64,000 nt of DNA from a virus (IMGVR_UViG_3300028592_000006:1-64000), one strand, 5' to 3'. Shown: positions 9,557 through 19,109, counted from the stretch's first letter. Notes: generated by a model from the letters alone, not told the origin. A program made the numbers and translations.

Positions 9557-9985
9557 ATGAAGACCATCGTTCATACCAAGGACAAGAATGACCTCGATGA
9601 ACTGCTGAAGGTGATCCCGGAAGCCGACCTGGGCGAATACAGCATCGTCCACTCGGTGACCAAGCGCACCGTGGAGAAGCCCAACATCCTCACCGGCGGA
9701 AAGCAGTCGGTGGAGGTGGAAGGCTTCGACCCGGCCTGCCCAACCGCGTTGGCTGCGGCTGCTGCCGCCGGTAACCGCATCCTCACGACCGGGCTCTACC
9801 TCGACCGTGCGGCCGAACTCGGTGAGTTGATGCTGGTGACGAAGAACTTCGGCAAGTATGCCGAGGTGAAGCACATCTTCGCCAAGAACATCGTCGATGC
9901 CGAGGCGTTCAACCGCCTGAAGGAGTCTGACGACTTCAAGGCCGCGTTCACGCCGGCTGAAGGTGCCACGGACACTCCGTTCTAA
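9557..9985 (+). CDS. Hypothetical protein
   Basis: Internal Met MKTIVHTKDK of ORF 9503-9985, preceded by purine-rich agagagag. Confidence 0.5.
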   Translation: MKTIVHTKDKNDLDELLKVIPEADLGEYSIVHSVTKRTVEKPNILTGGKQSVEVEGFDPACPTALAAAAAAGNRILTTGLYLDRAAELGELMLVTKNFGKYAEVKHIFAKNIVDAEAFNRLKESDDFKAAFTPAEGATDTPF

Positions 9986-10036
9986 GTGTTTGCCGCACGC
10001 CAGTGCGGATGAGCTTGGAACAAGCGATTCACCCCC

Positions 10037-10084
10037 GGAACACGGGCCGGTCTGTCCCCGATTGGGGATGGACCGGCTTACCCT
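10037..10084 (+). terminator. Rho-independent terminator candidate
   Basis: CCGGTC...(inner CCCC/GGGG)...GACCGG stem followed by CTTACCCTTTTCTTTT. Confidence 0.5.
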
Positions 10085-10106
10085 TTTCTTTTAGACGGTC
10101 AATGCC

Positions 10107-10358
10107 ATGCGTAAGAAACCCATAGGCTACTTCGAGCAAGACGGTTCCTACAATGAACTGGACCCGCAACAGACTCCCAAGCTGAGAAAAAGACCGGCCA
10201 AAAAACTCGGCAGCATGGAGGAAGCATCCGCCCTTTCACTTGCTCCCGAAGATTTCATCCGTTGGCTCAGTCACCGGACTTACTGGCATGGCAATCAATA
10301 CCGGGCAGCTTGCTCGCGTTGGCTTGACCGGCAGCAAAAGCTCCAAGCCAGCAAGTAA
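10107..10358 (+). CDS. Hypothetical protein
   Basis: 83 aa ORF. Confidence 0.35.
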   Translation: MRKKPIGYFEQDGSYNELDPQQTPKLRKRPAKKLGSMEEASALSLAPEDFIRWLSHRTYWHGNQYRAACSRWLDRQQKLQASK

Positions 10359-10473
10359 CCACTTTCAATGTCACCGCGGCGTGGAAGGACACGCGAGCAC
10401 AACCACCTGCGCTCCTCGTGGAGTGGAGCGAGGACAGCCGGTTTCGAGTCCGGCCGGTGACACCTTTTGCAAT

Positions 10474-10578
10474 GCTGGAAGCCGCTCGGACGGAGACGAG
10501 CCCAAGTCGTAATTGATTCCTAGGTTCTCGGTTACGTGAGGTGAAAAACAAAGCGGGTTCAATTCCCGCCTTCCAGCA
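10474..10578 (+). tRNA. tRNA-like element (~102 nt): 8-9 bp acceptor-like closing stem, D-arm-like and canonical T-arm, oversized anticodon/variable region
   Basis: GCTGGAAG ... GCGGG-TTCAATT-CCCGC-CTTCCAGC; T-arm is canonical; the ~50 nt between D-arm and T-arm is too long for a standard tRNA. Confidence 0.35.
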
Positions 10579-10755
10579 ACCTCCTTCATGTAAGGGTAGT
10601 GCATAGCGCCGCATCTCCGGGTGAAGGTGCGGCCACCCCTTTCCTTTTTACCCGGTCAATCCCATGAGCACCCGTGCCACAGCATGCCTCGCTTCAAGCT
10701 TGTCCATCGTGTGGCCCTTGCTCTGGCTGGTTGTCATCCTGTTCCTTATTACACC

Positions 10756-11142
10756 ATGACCGACATCGAAAAACGCGTTGCCCTGGCTGAGTTTGCCGGC
10801 TGGAGGTTCCAATTCGAGATTCCCGGTGGGACATGGACCCGCGAGGTGGACCGTGAGACCAAGCTGGTTGCCACGTCCTGCTGGGTCAGGCCCGGTTCTC
10901 CCCCGTGGGAAACCGAACGGCTCCCACGCTACACCGATGACCTCAACCGGGTGCAGGACCTGATTTCCTTACTGCGGGACAAGGACATCCTACTCTACCG
11001 GGAGTATGCCCTGTATCTGGGAGTGATTCTGACGCGGTTCAACGTCTCCCCTGAACGCGAATCCTACCACCCCATCGAAACCTGCGATGCCACCGCCTCA
11101 ATGAGGTGCGATGCCATCGGACACGTCCTCAACCTCTGGTAA
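10756..11142 (+). CDS. Hypothetical protein
   Basis: Internal Met MTDIEKRVALAEF of ORF 10621-11142. Confidence 0.35.
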   Translation: MTDIEKRVALAEFAGWRFQFEIPGGTWTREVDRETKLVATSCWVRPGSPPWETERLPRYTDDLNRVQDLISLLRDKDILLYREYALYLGVILTRFNVSPERESYHPIETCDATASMRCDAIGHVLNLW

Positions 11143-11254
11143 TGATCCTCTTCCTCACCCGCTGGCAGGCTGGCAAGCTCCGGCAAATGGGCTTGGCTCC
11201 CGCCCTCAAGCGGACCACCTTTTCCGTTAGCCGCAACTAAAACCAACCACTACC

Positions 11255-11437
11255 ATGAGTCCCAACACATTCATTATCTCTGCCGCCGCAATGGCTGCCA
11301 GCTCGCCATCCGATTTCTGGCCGCTTGCTGTTCATCGCTCGCCAGCGGAAATCAACTGGAACCGCCACAACCAGCGCCAGAAGCGCAAGAACCGCCGCCG
11401 GGCACATGCCGCAGGCATCAAGAAAGCTTTCCACTAA
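11255..11437 (+). CDS. Small basic hypothetical protein
   Basis: 60 aa ORF, Arg/Lys-rich C-terminus. Confidence 0.3.
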   Translation: MSPNTFIISAAAMAASSPSDFWPLAVHRSPAEINWNRHNQRQKRKNRRRAHAAGIKKAFH

Positions 11438-11441
11438 AGCC

Positions 11442-11648
11442 ATGTCCAAACCAACCGCCAACCGCCAGAACGTCGTCTCCTCTGCCACCTACAACCCGGA
11501 ATGGGAAAAGCAGGCGCTGGAGAACATGAATCCCCGTGACCGCCACCAGAAGATGCTGGCAGAGCACCGGGAGGACAAGAGCCGCGCCCGTGACCAGCAC
11601 CGCCGTGGCACCCGCTACCGGAAGATGCCGGCAACCCACCTCATCTGA
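11442..11648 (+). CDS. Hypothetical protein
   Basis: Internal Met MSKPTANRQ of ORF 11325-11648. Confidence 0.35.
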   Translation: MSKPTANRQNVVSSATYNPEWEKQALENMNPRDRHQKMLAEHREDKSRARDQHRRGTRYRKMPATHLI

Positions 11649-11776
11649 TGACCTGGAAGCACCTATTCATGATGTTCATTGGTGCCGGGCTGGCATGGGC
11701 CGGCTTGGGTCTCAACCGCTGGCAAACCTGGGCCATCATTCTAGTTGCTTCAATCATTCTCACCTACTTCACCTGA
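11648..11776 (+). CDS. Small membrane protein (42 aa, one TM)
   Basis: MTWKHLFMMFIGAGLAWAGLGLNRWQTWAIILVASIILTYFT; ATGA overlaps with neighbours. Confidence 0.3.
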   Translation: MTWKHLFMMFIGAGLAWAGLGLNRWQTWAIILVASIILTYFT

Positions 11777-11991
11777 TGGACACTACCTCGGAACCCGCTT
11801 CCCACGTGGTGACGCGCCTCCGGGCCATGCTGCTTGAAGGCATGGTGAATGCGAAGGACCAATGGCTATGTGACGCCCTGGTCAATCGCACCCCGGAGGC
11901 CGAACTCACCGGTGCCAACCGCAAGTGGCTGTGCTCGTTGCTCGACCGCAATGGCGAACCATTTCTCAAGACCGAATCAATCCCGTCATGA
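11776..11991 (+). CDS. Hypothetical protein
   Basis: Internal Met MDTTSEP of ORF 11536-11991. Confidence 0.4.
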   Translation: MDTTSEPASHVVTRLRAMLLEGMVNAKDQWLCDALVNRTPEAELTGANRKWLCSLLDRNGEPFLKTESIPS

Positions 11992-12359
11992 CTCCCGAGC
12001 AAATCGAACGCAACCGCGAGTTCCTCAAGGACCTGAGGGCCAACCAAAAGAAAGTAAGGAAATGCATGAGAAGTTCTGGAGGCGGCCGTTGCTGCCTCGC
12101 AGTGGCTCTCGATTCCGCCATTGCCCAAGGCTATCAATGCCCGGAAACATGGGGTGATAGAGCCTTCCTTCCGCCTGATGACATGGCGGAAGATTTCTAT
12201 GGTTGGCCAGGTCGCTCGCCAATGCTGATTGGGCCTGATGGCGTGACCAAACACCATGCCGATGGATGGAATGATGGAAAGGATTGCCAAGAACTGAGCC
12301 ACGCCGAAATTGCCGACGCCTTCGAGCGCACCTTCCCCGAGCTGAAACAAGCTCCCTGA
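11984..12359 (+). CDS. Hypothetical protein, distant member of CGTxCCxxGH paralog family (GRCCLAVAL)
   Basis: Internal Met MTPEQIERN; CCLAVAL motif aligns with other paralogs. Confidence 0.4.
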
Positions 12360-12570
12360 TTTTCCCCGCGAAGGAAACCGAAGAGAGCCGGGGCTATGGA
12401 CCGCCCCTGCGGGTGATGGGACTCACCTGCAATTGACCACCCGTGCCGCCGAGGTTCCGCCCGAGAGGGCCGGCGTGCAAGTTTTCGTTTTGGAATGAAC
12501 CGCCTGCTGTGGGCACTCGCCCTTGTCATCCTCTTCCACCTGCTGGTGAAGATCTTTAGTTGAAACCAAT

Positions 12571-12921
12571 ATGATCCGTGACCCGAGAGAGCCCGTCTAT
12601 CGAAAGGTGGGTAAGCGCTACGTCGAATGCGGGCGCATCGACACTCCCTACCTCAAGGACCGCCAGGGATCATGGGAAGGCATCCGCAAGGATGGCCTGT
12701 GGCTCCACACCTCCGGCGATGGCTGGCGCGGGATGACCTTCCTTTCCTCGCTTGAGGACCTGCCGTGCAGTGCCGTGAGACTGGCTGCCATGCATGCCAA
12801 GCAGGACGACCTGACCAAGCTGATCATGGTGTGCAACGGCCAATCCATGAGTGTTGCCGAGCTTTCCAAAACCATCCTCCACTTCCTTGCCACGAGCCCT
12901 TCGGGCGGGAGCATTCCTTGA
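12571..12921 (+). CDS. Hypothetical protein
   Basis: 116 aa ORF. Confidence 0.45.
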   Translation: MIRDPREPVYRKVGKRYVECGRIDTPYLKDRQGSWEGIRKDGLWLHTSGDGWRGMTFLSSLEDLPCSAVRLAAMHAKQDDLTKLIMVCNGQSMSVAELSKTILHFLATSPSGGSIP

Positions 12922-12928
12922 ATCCCCT

Positions 12929-14113
12929 ATGAATACATCCACACCAACCAAGAGTCTCATTTTCCATACCGGAGGCGAAATCGACCCGGCTTCCTGGGAA
13001 ATCGTGGGCCTGTCAGCCAAGGAAACCGAGAACCCGCTGGGATTTTTCGGTAGCGGCCTGAAGCACAGCACCGCCATCCTCCTGCGCACCGGCCACAAGG
13101 TGCGGGTTGAGACCTCCAAGAATGGTGAGCGAGTCACCTACGAATTCGGAACCCGGGACATGGATTTCCGCGGCAAGGATTTCAAGCGCGTCACCTGCAA
13201 TGAGCAGGACTTGTCCTATACGACCCACATGGGCTCCCACTGGGAGCTTTGGCAGGCCTACCGGGAATTGGTCAGCAATACAATCGACGAGGGAGGGATC
13301 TGGTATGCCGGCGATCCGATGCCGGATGGAACCTCCTTCGTCATCGAAGGGCCTGTCATCGAGTGCCTGAAGGACCACGAGCGCTACTTTGTGGGTGATC
13401 GCGAGCCATTGGTTGTCTGTGACGGCCTCATGGAAGTCCACAAGGGCAACGGGACCATCTTCTACCGCGGGGTGAAGGTCGGGGAGATTGCCGGTTCACG
13501 CTGGTCCTACAACATGCTCCAGACGATTGAGCTGACCGAAGATCGAACCATCAAGCATCCGAGTGTCGTCCATGGTCAGATTGGCTTGGCGTGGTGCCAG
13601 TATGTGAAGGATGAAAAACTACTCCGCGAGCTGATGACGGTTCCTCAGAGCGCCTGGGAGCATGACGTGGACCTCGACTGGAGCTGGTCTCAGGAATTCC
13701 TGAAGGTTGCAGACAACCTGTGGACCAACGCACCCACCACCCTCACCAAGCAGATCCAACGGTTGATGAAGCGCCGCAACCCGTCAGCCACCTTCGCCTG
13801 CCGGGAGAAAACCGAGGACGAGGCGATGATGCTGGAACGGGCCTTGGAGGTAATGGCGACCATCGGGTATCCGGTGACGGCTCCGGTGGAACTGGTCGAC
13901 AACGAGGACGACAACAACATTGCCTTCATCCACGACTCCAAGATCCACCTGACCAACAGGGCATTCGACCGGGGCCTGTTCTTCCTGCTCACGGTGCTGA
14001 TGGAGGAACGCTCGCACGTTTCCGGGTATTCCGACGAGTCGCGGGCTTTCGAGTCCTACCTGATCGAGGAGCTGATCAAGCACGCGGCCAAGCGCCATCG
14101 CATTGTTCTTTAA
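12929..14113 (+). CDS. Hypothetical protein (394 aa) with possible nucleotide-binding motifs (GFFGSGLKHS; ELVSNTIDEGG)
   Basis: Internal Met MNTSTPTK of ORF 12851-14113; ExxxNxxD-like and Gly-rich motifs but not in canonical GHKL order. Confidence 0.55.
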   Translation: MNTSTPTKSLIFHTGGEIDPASWEIVGLSAKETENPLGFFGSGLKHSTAILLRTGHKVRVETSKNGERVTYEFGTRDMDFRGKDFKRVTCNEQDLSYTTHMGSHWELWQAYRELVSNTIDEGGIWYAGDPMPDGTSFVIEGPVIECLKDHERYFVGDREPLVVCDGLMEVHKGNGTIFYRGVKVGEIAGSRWSYNMLQTIELTEDRTIKHPSVVHGQIGLAWCQYVKDEKLLRELMTVPQSAWEHDVDLDWSWSQEFLKVADNLWTNAPTTLTKQIQRLMKRRNPSATFACREKTEDEAMMLERALEVMATIGYPVTAPVELVDNEDDNNIAFIHDSKIHLTNRAFDRGLFFLLTVLMEERSHVSGYSDESRAFESYLIEELIKHAAKRHRIVL

Positions 14114-14125
14114 CCAACCACAACC

Positions 14126-14596
14126 ATGGACAACGATAATCCATCCGCTGAATTCGCCCTCCGTGACGCGGAGGTTCCCTGGCCTGACTCCATCGAGGAG
14201 CTGGTCGCCTACATCAACAGTTTGACCGAACGACAGCACGACTACGGCACCGTCGTCTATGCCATGAGCATGGCTGCGGTGGCTGCCTTCCAGTATGTGG
14301 CGAAGAAGGAAGGGACCACTGGTTTCCAGGCCGGCTGTGCTGATCTGGACATCATCCGCCGCACCCGGCGGCTCAAGGGTCCGTTCATGATCGTGAAGCT
14401 GGAGGATACCCTGTATCCCCAATACGACGTGGAGGGGGATGTCAGGAAATTCTTGAATTCACCACGCTCCCTGCAATGGCTCAAGGAGCAAGCCCTTGAG
14501 CAACTTGAGAAAACCACCAAGGGCAATGTCCATCAACATGTCCTTGAGCACTGGAAGAGGCTTGCCGCATGGCGGCATGAAGAACCAACCACCTGA
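14126..14596 (+). CDS. Hypothetical protein
   Basis: 156 aa ORF. Confidence 0.5.
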   Translation: MDNDNPSAEFALRDAEVPWPDSIEELVAYINSLTERQHDYGTVVYAMSMAAVAAFQYVAKKEGTTGFQAGCADLDIIRRTRRLKGPFMIVKLEDTLYPQYDVEGDVRKFLNSPRSLQWLKEQALEQLEKTTKGNVHQHVLEHWKRLAAWRHEEPTT

Positions 14597-14600
14597 AACC

Positions 14601-15002
14601 ATGGGCGACCGGGGAAATTTATACATCACCAATAGGGACAGCACCGGCAAGCTGGAGTCCTGGATCGACCTCTACTGGCACTGGCACGGATCAAAGGTCC
14701 GGGACTATGCGGCCTACGCCCTTGAGGTCTGCCGCGGCCGGTGGGATGACGAGAGCTACATGGTGGCCTTGTTTCTGGGGCACCTGTATGGCTTCCATGT
14801 CCCTCCGAGCGGCATTGTCATCAACGGTTTCGACGACAACGAGCATGATGTCGTGGAGATGTGCATGACCGATAACCGAGTGAGGATCTGGAATGGCTAC
14901 GATCATGGCGACCTCAACACGCTGGCAGACGTGTCCAAAGCCAAGGAGTCCCTTCCGTTCCATGAATTCTGCCGCAAATACGAACCACCGAAGGAGGAAT
15001 GA
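14601..15002 (+). CDS. Hypothetical protein
   Basis: Internal Met MGDRGNLYI of ORF 14496-15002. Confidence 0.5.
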   Translation: MGDRGNLYITNRDSTGKLESWIDLYWHWHGSKVRDYAAYALEVCRGRWDDESYMVALFLGHLYGFHVPPSGIVINGFDDNEHDVVEMCMTDNRVRIWNGYDHGDLNTLADVSKAKESLPFHEFCRKYEPPKEE

Positions 15003-15140
15003 CCGTGCAGGAGTCCCTGCCTGATGGTGCAGGTGGCACTTGAAACCCCTTACAAAAGGCTGGGTTCAGGGTGCTAGGTAAGGACTTGCCGAATTTCCCC
15101 CTTCCAGTGTAACCGCTTACAATGAAGCACTTGTGAAACG

Positions 15141-15154
15141 TTAGTTGCAACTAA
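15141..15154. promoter_or_regulatory. Perfect 14-bp palindrome TTAGTTGCAACTAA (operator-like)
   Basis: Read directly in the 300-bp intergenic region 15003-15304. Confidence 0.45.
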
Positions 15155-15275
15155 TGCTTGTCCTTGGCCTGTTGCCTGCTAAATTAGCCACGTCCAATTT
15201 GGACGAAGCTCGCCCTGTCATGGGCACCGGCGCTTAAGCACGCAGCGCAGCCAAGAAATACCTCCGTGAGGCGAT

Positions 15276-15298
15276 GAGCCTCCGGAGGCTTTCTTTTT
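15276..15298 (+). terminator. Rho-independent terminator candidate
   Basis: AGCCTCCGGAGGCT palindromic stem followed by TTCTTTTT. Confidence 0.45.
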
Positions 15299-15304
15299 CC
15301 CATT

Positions 15305-15823
15305 ATGTTCTACCTTTGCTGCTACCACGATTGGCCGGAGCGGAAATCCGAGATCCGGGAAGACCCTCCGAAGTTCTGGCCCAACACCGAGGGTTACTCC
15401 TCAATGTCGGCCGGCTATGAGACTGAAGCCGAGCTTCGAGAGAAGAACGGCATTCCCGATGAACCCTGCAAGGAATGTGGGTCGATCTTCAGCACCCACT
15501 ACAGCGAGCCGGTGAAGACGCTGCTTCTTGAGAGGGGCATTTGCCATCACTGCAACCACTTCCTGCAATTGATCGGAAAACAGCATGCCCTGCGGATCAA
15601 TGGAGTCCACTGGATGGGCAAGGCAGGTGACAAGGGACAAGGCTGCGGCGGAAGAACCTTCGGAATACGAATGCTCGGCACCGGTGAGGAGTTCCAGACC
15701 TCCAACCTGTGGTGCCAGGGAGAGATTCCATCCCATTTCCGGGAACGCCTTCCTGACAATGCCGAGTTCATTCAAATACCAAAGCCCATGCTTCACGGGC
15801 AGGGATACCTTGGAGACCCATGA
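15305..15823 (+). CDS. Cys/His-rich hypothetical protein
   Basis: 172 aa; multiple CxxC/HH pairs (CKECG, CHHCNH). Confidence 0.5.
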   Translation: MFYLCCYHDWPERKSEIREDPPKFWPNTEGYSSMSAGYETEAELREKNGIPDEPCKECGSIFSTHYSEPVKTLLLERGICHHCNHFLQLIGKQHALRINGVHWMGKAGDKGQGCGGRTFGIRMLGTGEEFQTSNLWCQGEIPSHFRERLPDNAEFIQIPKPMLHGQGYLGDP

Positions 15824-16029
15824 CCACTGAAAGAATCAGCCACCACGAAATTTCCGTGAAGTTGCGGGACCTGCTTGCCAATAGCGGCATCAAAACCGGA
15901 TCGGTTAAAGCCAGAACCGTTGAACAAGCATTCCTCCACGGGATGATCTTTGCCGATGAACGCTATATGACGCCCTATATCGCCATCCTGCTGGTTAGCG
16001 GCAGGTCCATCCTCGACGACCACCCATGA
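15820..16029 (+). CDS. Hypothetical protein
   Basis: 69 aa; ATGA-coupled. Confidence 0.4.
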   Translation: MTTERISHHEISVKLRDLLANSGIKTGSVKARTVEQAFLHGMIFADERYMTPYIAILLVSGRSILDDHP

Positions 16030-16493
16030 CCACTCCACGACAATACACCGATGAGGAACGCCGGAGCAACCTCGCCCGTCTGGCCAAGGCCCTGCTCTCC
16101 CGGAAGTTCAAGGTGAGCTTCGAGATGGATTGCTTCGCGTTCAATCCCCATTCCAAGGTAGTACCTGCTCCTTTCGAAGTGGCTAACATCTGCGGAACTT
16201 CCTGCTGCGCACTCGGTCACGCTCCCTTCGTGATCAACGACGTGAATGATGGAGAGCGCTGGATGCAATATTCCAACCGGACCATGCCAATGCGAGCTGG
16301 TGGAGGCGCTGACTCTCGCGATTGGGATTTCCTGTTCGGTCAGTATTGGCCTGACGACAAGAAGCAGTTTGCCGCACGGGCTTTCCTCTACCTCACCGAA
16401 GGCACCCCTGACGACTTCGACGAGGATTGCTACGGGGAGGATGAATACACGGTGGTGGGACCGAAGCGCTTCGACCAATTTATCATCAAATGA
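16026..16493 (+). CDS. Hypothetical protein, CGTxCCxxGH paralog family member
   Basis: ANICGTSCCALGHAPF ... DWDFLFGQYW ... FAARAFLYL. Confidence 0.55.
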   Translation: MTTPRQYTDEERRSNLARLAKALLSRKFKVSFEMDCFAFNPHSKVVPAPFEVANICGTSCCALGHAPFVINDVNDGERWMQYSNRTMPMRAGGGADSRDWDFLFGQYWPDDKKQFAARAFLYLTEGTPDDFDEDCYGEDEYTVVGPKRFDQFIIK

Positions 16494-16723
16494 AAAAGCC
16501 ACGCACCAAGATCAACCCGGGTAACCGGAAGAACCTCGACACCATCAATGCCGCGGCCCGGGACGGAAACCTGTGCCTCATGCTCTGCCATTGGAAGGAC
16601 TCCGGGAAACCGGTGGATGTGCTGTGCGCGGTGAACCGGCAGGAGAATAGTGATTCGGCCTTTGTGCCGCTCGCCACCTTGTTCGATGGCAACCCCTACG
16701 AGTTGCTGTTGCCGCCGCAATGA
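16490..16723 (+). CDS. Hypothetical protein
   Basis: 77 aa; ATGA-coupled. Confidence 0.4.
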   Translation: MKKPRTKINPGNRKNLDTINAAARDGNLCLMLCHWKDSGKPVDVLCAVNRQENSDSAFVPLATLFDGNPYELLLPPQ

Positions 16724-16867
16724 CACCACATCAAGGAATTCGCCGTAAAGGCCCCTAGGAGCCACCAGGAGCGAAGCGACGCCATCCGCAGGCACACTAC
16801 AGGGAAGCCACCAGAAACGCAGCCACAGGCACCCCACAACGCAAAAGAAACACCACCCACAGGAAAC

Positions 16868-17089
16868 ATGAGCAACCCAGGACAAGGAAATGGAAATCTA
16901 TCCATGCACCAGAGCCAATACCACTGCGGCTTAACCAAACGGGAATACATCGCCACTGCCTGTTTGCAGGGCTTGCTGGCAGCCCAAATCCATGGCTTCA
17001 CGGATGTTCCATCCAAAGGTCCATTTGCGCGCCTGGCAAGAGATGCGGCCGATGCACTTCTTGCAGAACTCGAATCAAACAATCCATGA
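16868..17089 (+). CDS. Hypothetical protein
   Basis: 73 aa. Confidence 0.4.
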   Translation: MSNPGQGNGNLSMHQSQYHCGLTKREYIATACLQGLLAAQIHGFTDVPSKGPFARLARDAADALLAELESNNP

Positions 17090-17892
17090 TCCTCAAGCAC
17101 ATCAGCACCGCCCCCAAGGACGGCACCATCATCCTCGCCCTCACCACTAACGCCCTCGAGCAAGTCAGGTTCAGCAGGGTCAGGTTCAACAATGGCCGCT
17201 GGCGTTATGGAAAGGATAGCCATGTTGAATTACAGGAGTCGTTCATCCTCTGGACCGAAAACCACATCGAGGAAGAAAAGGCACCGGAGCCACCCAAGCC
17301 GGTCCTCGTGCCACTGGGGCCGAACAAGACCCGCGATGGCCGAACCGTCCACGTCCGCTGCATCGACGCCGCGAAGCCCGGCTATCCGGTTATCGCTGAA
17401 GTCCCTGACCCGCACTCCAAGGAACTCATCCTCACCTACTATACCGCTGAAGGGGTTTCCCGTAGCAGTAAAGAAAGGGACCGCACGGACCTCGTCGGCC
17501 ACCTGCCCCCGGCAGAACCGGAACCCGTGAAGCCGCGGGAGTGGTGGATCAACATCTGCGAGCACCGGCCGGAGTTCTTCGCATCAAAGGAAGACGCAGA
17601 TGAGGCGGCGTGCAATAGCCGGAAGGAATGCAGGCATGTCCGCGAAGTCCTCCCCGGCGAACAGGACGAACTTGAAGCCCTGCGTCTGTGGAAGAAGGCG
17701 CAACTGCTGGTTGAGGACCAGTGGGACCCGCACGCGGTAGGCAAGGAACTCGGGCTTACGTTGGGTTCCAAGATCCGTCCAGCCATCCTGCCGAAGATCC
17801 GGGAATACAAGGACCTTCTGGATAGGGCACTCCGGGGACTAGACCCTCAATGTCATTTGGCAGGACAAATCCGCAAAGCGCTCAACCCATGA
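17086..17892 (+). CDS. Hypothetical protein (N-terminus DUF551-like: HISTAPKDGTIILALT)
   Basis: 268 aa ORF; motif similarity is weak. Confidence 0.5.
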   Translation: MILKHISTAPKDGTIILALTTNALEQVRFSRVRFNNGRWRYGKDSHVELQESFILWTENHIEEEKAPEPPKPVLVPLGPNKTRDGRTVHVRCIDAAKPGYPVIAEVPDPHSKELILTYYTAEGVSRSSKERDRTDLVGHLPPAEPEPVKPREWWINICEHRPEFFASKEDADEAACNSRKECRHVREVLPGEQDELEALRLWKKAQLLVEDQWDPHAVGKELGLTLGSKIRPAILPKIREYKDLLDRALRGLDPQCHLAGQIRKALNP

Positions 17893-18146
17893 AAGCAGGC
17901 GACATCATCGACACCCCGCACGGCACCGGCACCGTGCATGGGTTTGAAATCTACCCTCCGCTCGACAAGGGTTGGAGGGATCATCAGCCATGGCCTGACG
18001 TGGAATACACCACCGTCTTTCCAGATGAAATTCCGGAAGGAACCTTCATCCGGGTTGGCGTCACCGGTGCCCACCCCACCCTGACGGTGGCCTACTATAC
18101 CTTCGATGAACTCCAACTGGAAAAGCCATGGGATACCAACGCGTGA
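17889..18146 (+). CDS. Hypothetical protein
   Basis: Internal Met MKAGDIID of ORF 17850-18146; ATGA-coupled. Confidence 0.45.
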   Translation: MKAGDIIDTPHGTGTVHGFEIYPPLDKGWRDHQPWPDVEYTTVFPDEIPEGTFIRVGVTGAHPTLTVAYYTFDELQLEKPWDTNA

Positions 18147-18481
18147 TACCACGGGACCTCTTCAACGAAGCCAGCCTGTTGAAATGCGTGGGAAGGCTCT
18201 CATTGCTCATTCACAACCGTTCCGCGCCACCAAACCTCCGGCTGGAGCACTTCGGCACCAGTGCAGGATTCCAGATCTACCAAGACCCTGATGATGGTTC
18301 CATTGCCATCAGCAACATCAGCCTGTTCCGGAACAACAAAGGTGGCTTCGATTTGTGGAGGCCCTTGAACTCTCGTGACCCATGGCCGCTTTACGTCGAT
18401 TACAAAGACAATGAAGCCCGTGTATTTGACCACGAAGGCAATTTGTCACCGGAATTCATCGAATGGTCCTTAAAGCCATGA
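18128..18481 (+). CDS. Hypothetical protein
   Basis: 117 aa. Confidence 0.45.
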   Translation: MGYQRVIPRDLFNEASLLKCVGRLSLLIHNRSAPPNLRLEHFGTSAGFQIYQDPDDGSIAISNISLFRNNKGGFDLWRPLNSRDPWPLYVDYKDNEARVFDHEGNLSPEFIEWSLKP

Positions 18482-18684
18482 AAGCCGATGACACCATGGG
18501 AGGGCAGCACCTCAAGAAGCTGCTGGCGCGGTTCAGGCCGAACCGGAAGTCCCGCATTGAATGGCTGGCCACCCCCAATGGCTCCTTTGCCATCAAATGT
18601 GCCCCCATCGAGCTGATCCTCGCCGGCAAGGGCAACATCGTCCAATACCACCTCGAACAACGCCTCAAGGGCAACCCCGCATGA
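18478..18684 (+). CDS. Hypothetical protein
   Basis: Internal Met MKADDTMGG; ATGA-coupled. Confidence 0.4.
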   Translation: MKADDTMGGQHLKKLLARFRPNRKSRIEWLATPNGSFAIKCAPIELILAGKGNIVQYHLEQRLKGNPA

Positions 18685-19109
18685 AAACCTACATTTCCAT
18701 CTCCAAAGGCTCCTACGACTTCCTTCACCCGAAGGACGTGCAGGTGCAGGTTTCCATCCGCGGCTTGGACAATGAACTCACCGGTGTCCATTTCCTCAGT
18801 GAAACGTGGCCGGAAGACGAGGACCCTGGCATTGACTCCAGCACCCTGCTGCGGGACGTGGTTGCCACCATGAAGGCCCGTTTGGAGTCCTACTGGATCA
18901 ACACACGCAAAGACCGAGAGCTGCCAGTCTATGCGTGGCTGGAGGCCAACATGGACGAGTTGGAGCGCCATTGGGCAATCCAGCGACAAAAGAATCTTAA
19001 GGCCCAAATCGACCGCTTGCAGGCCGAGTGGAACCAATTGGATGTGGACTACGAGCTTTCGTCGGTTCCGCTGAAGGAGGAGTTCGAGCCTTTGATCCAA
19101 ACCAAATGA
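18681..19109 (+). CDS. Hypothetical protein
   Basis: Internal Met MKTYISIS; ATGA-coupled. Confidence 0.5.
   Translation: MKTYISISKGSYDFLHPKDVQVQVSIRGLDNELTGVHFLSETWPEDEDPGIDSSTLLRDVVATMKARLESYWINTRKDRELPVYAWLEANMDELERHWAIQRQKNLKAQIDRLQAEWNQLDVDYELSSVPLKEEFEPLIQTK

Noticed and set aside
10380-10470. Second hairpin GCCGG-TTTCGAGT-CCGGC as a tRNA T-arm
   Set aside because: The loop is 8 nt and there are no flanking acceptor/D-arm elements, so it is probably just a hairpin.
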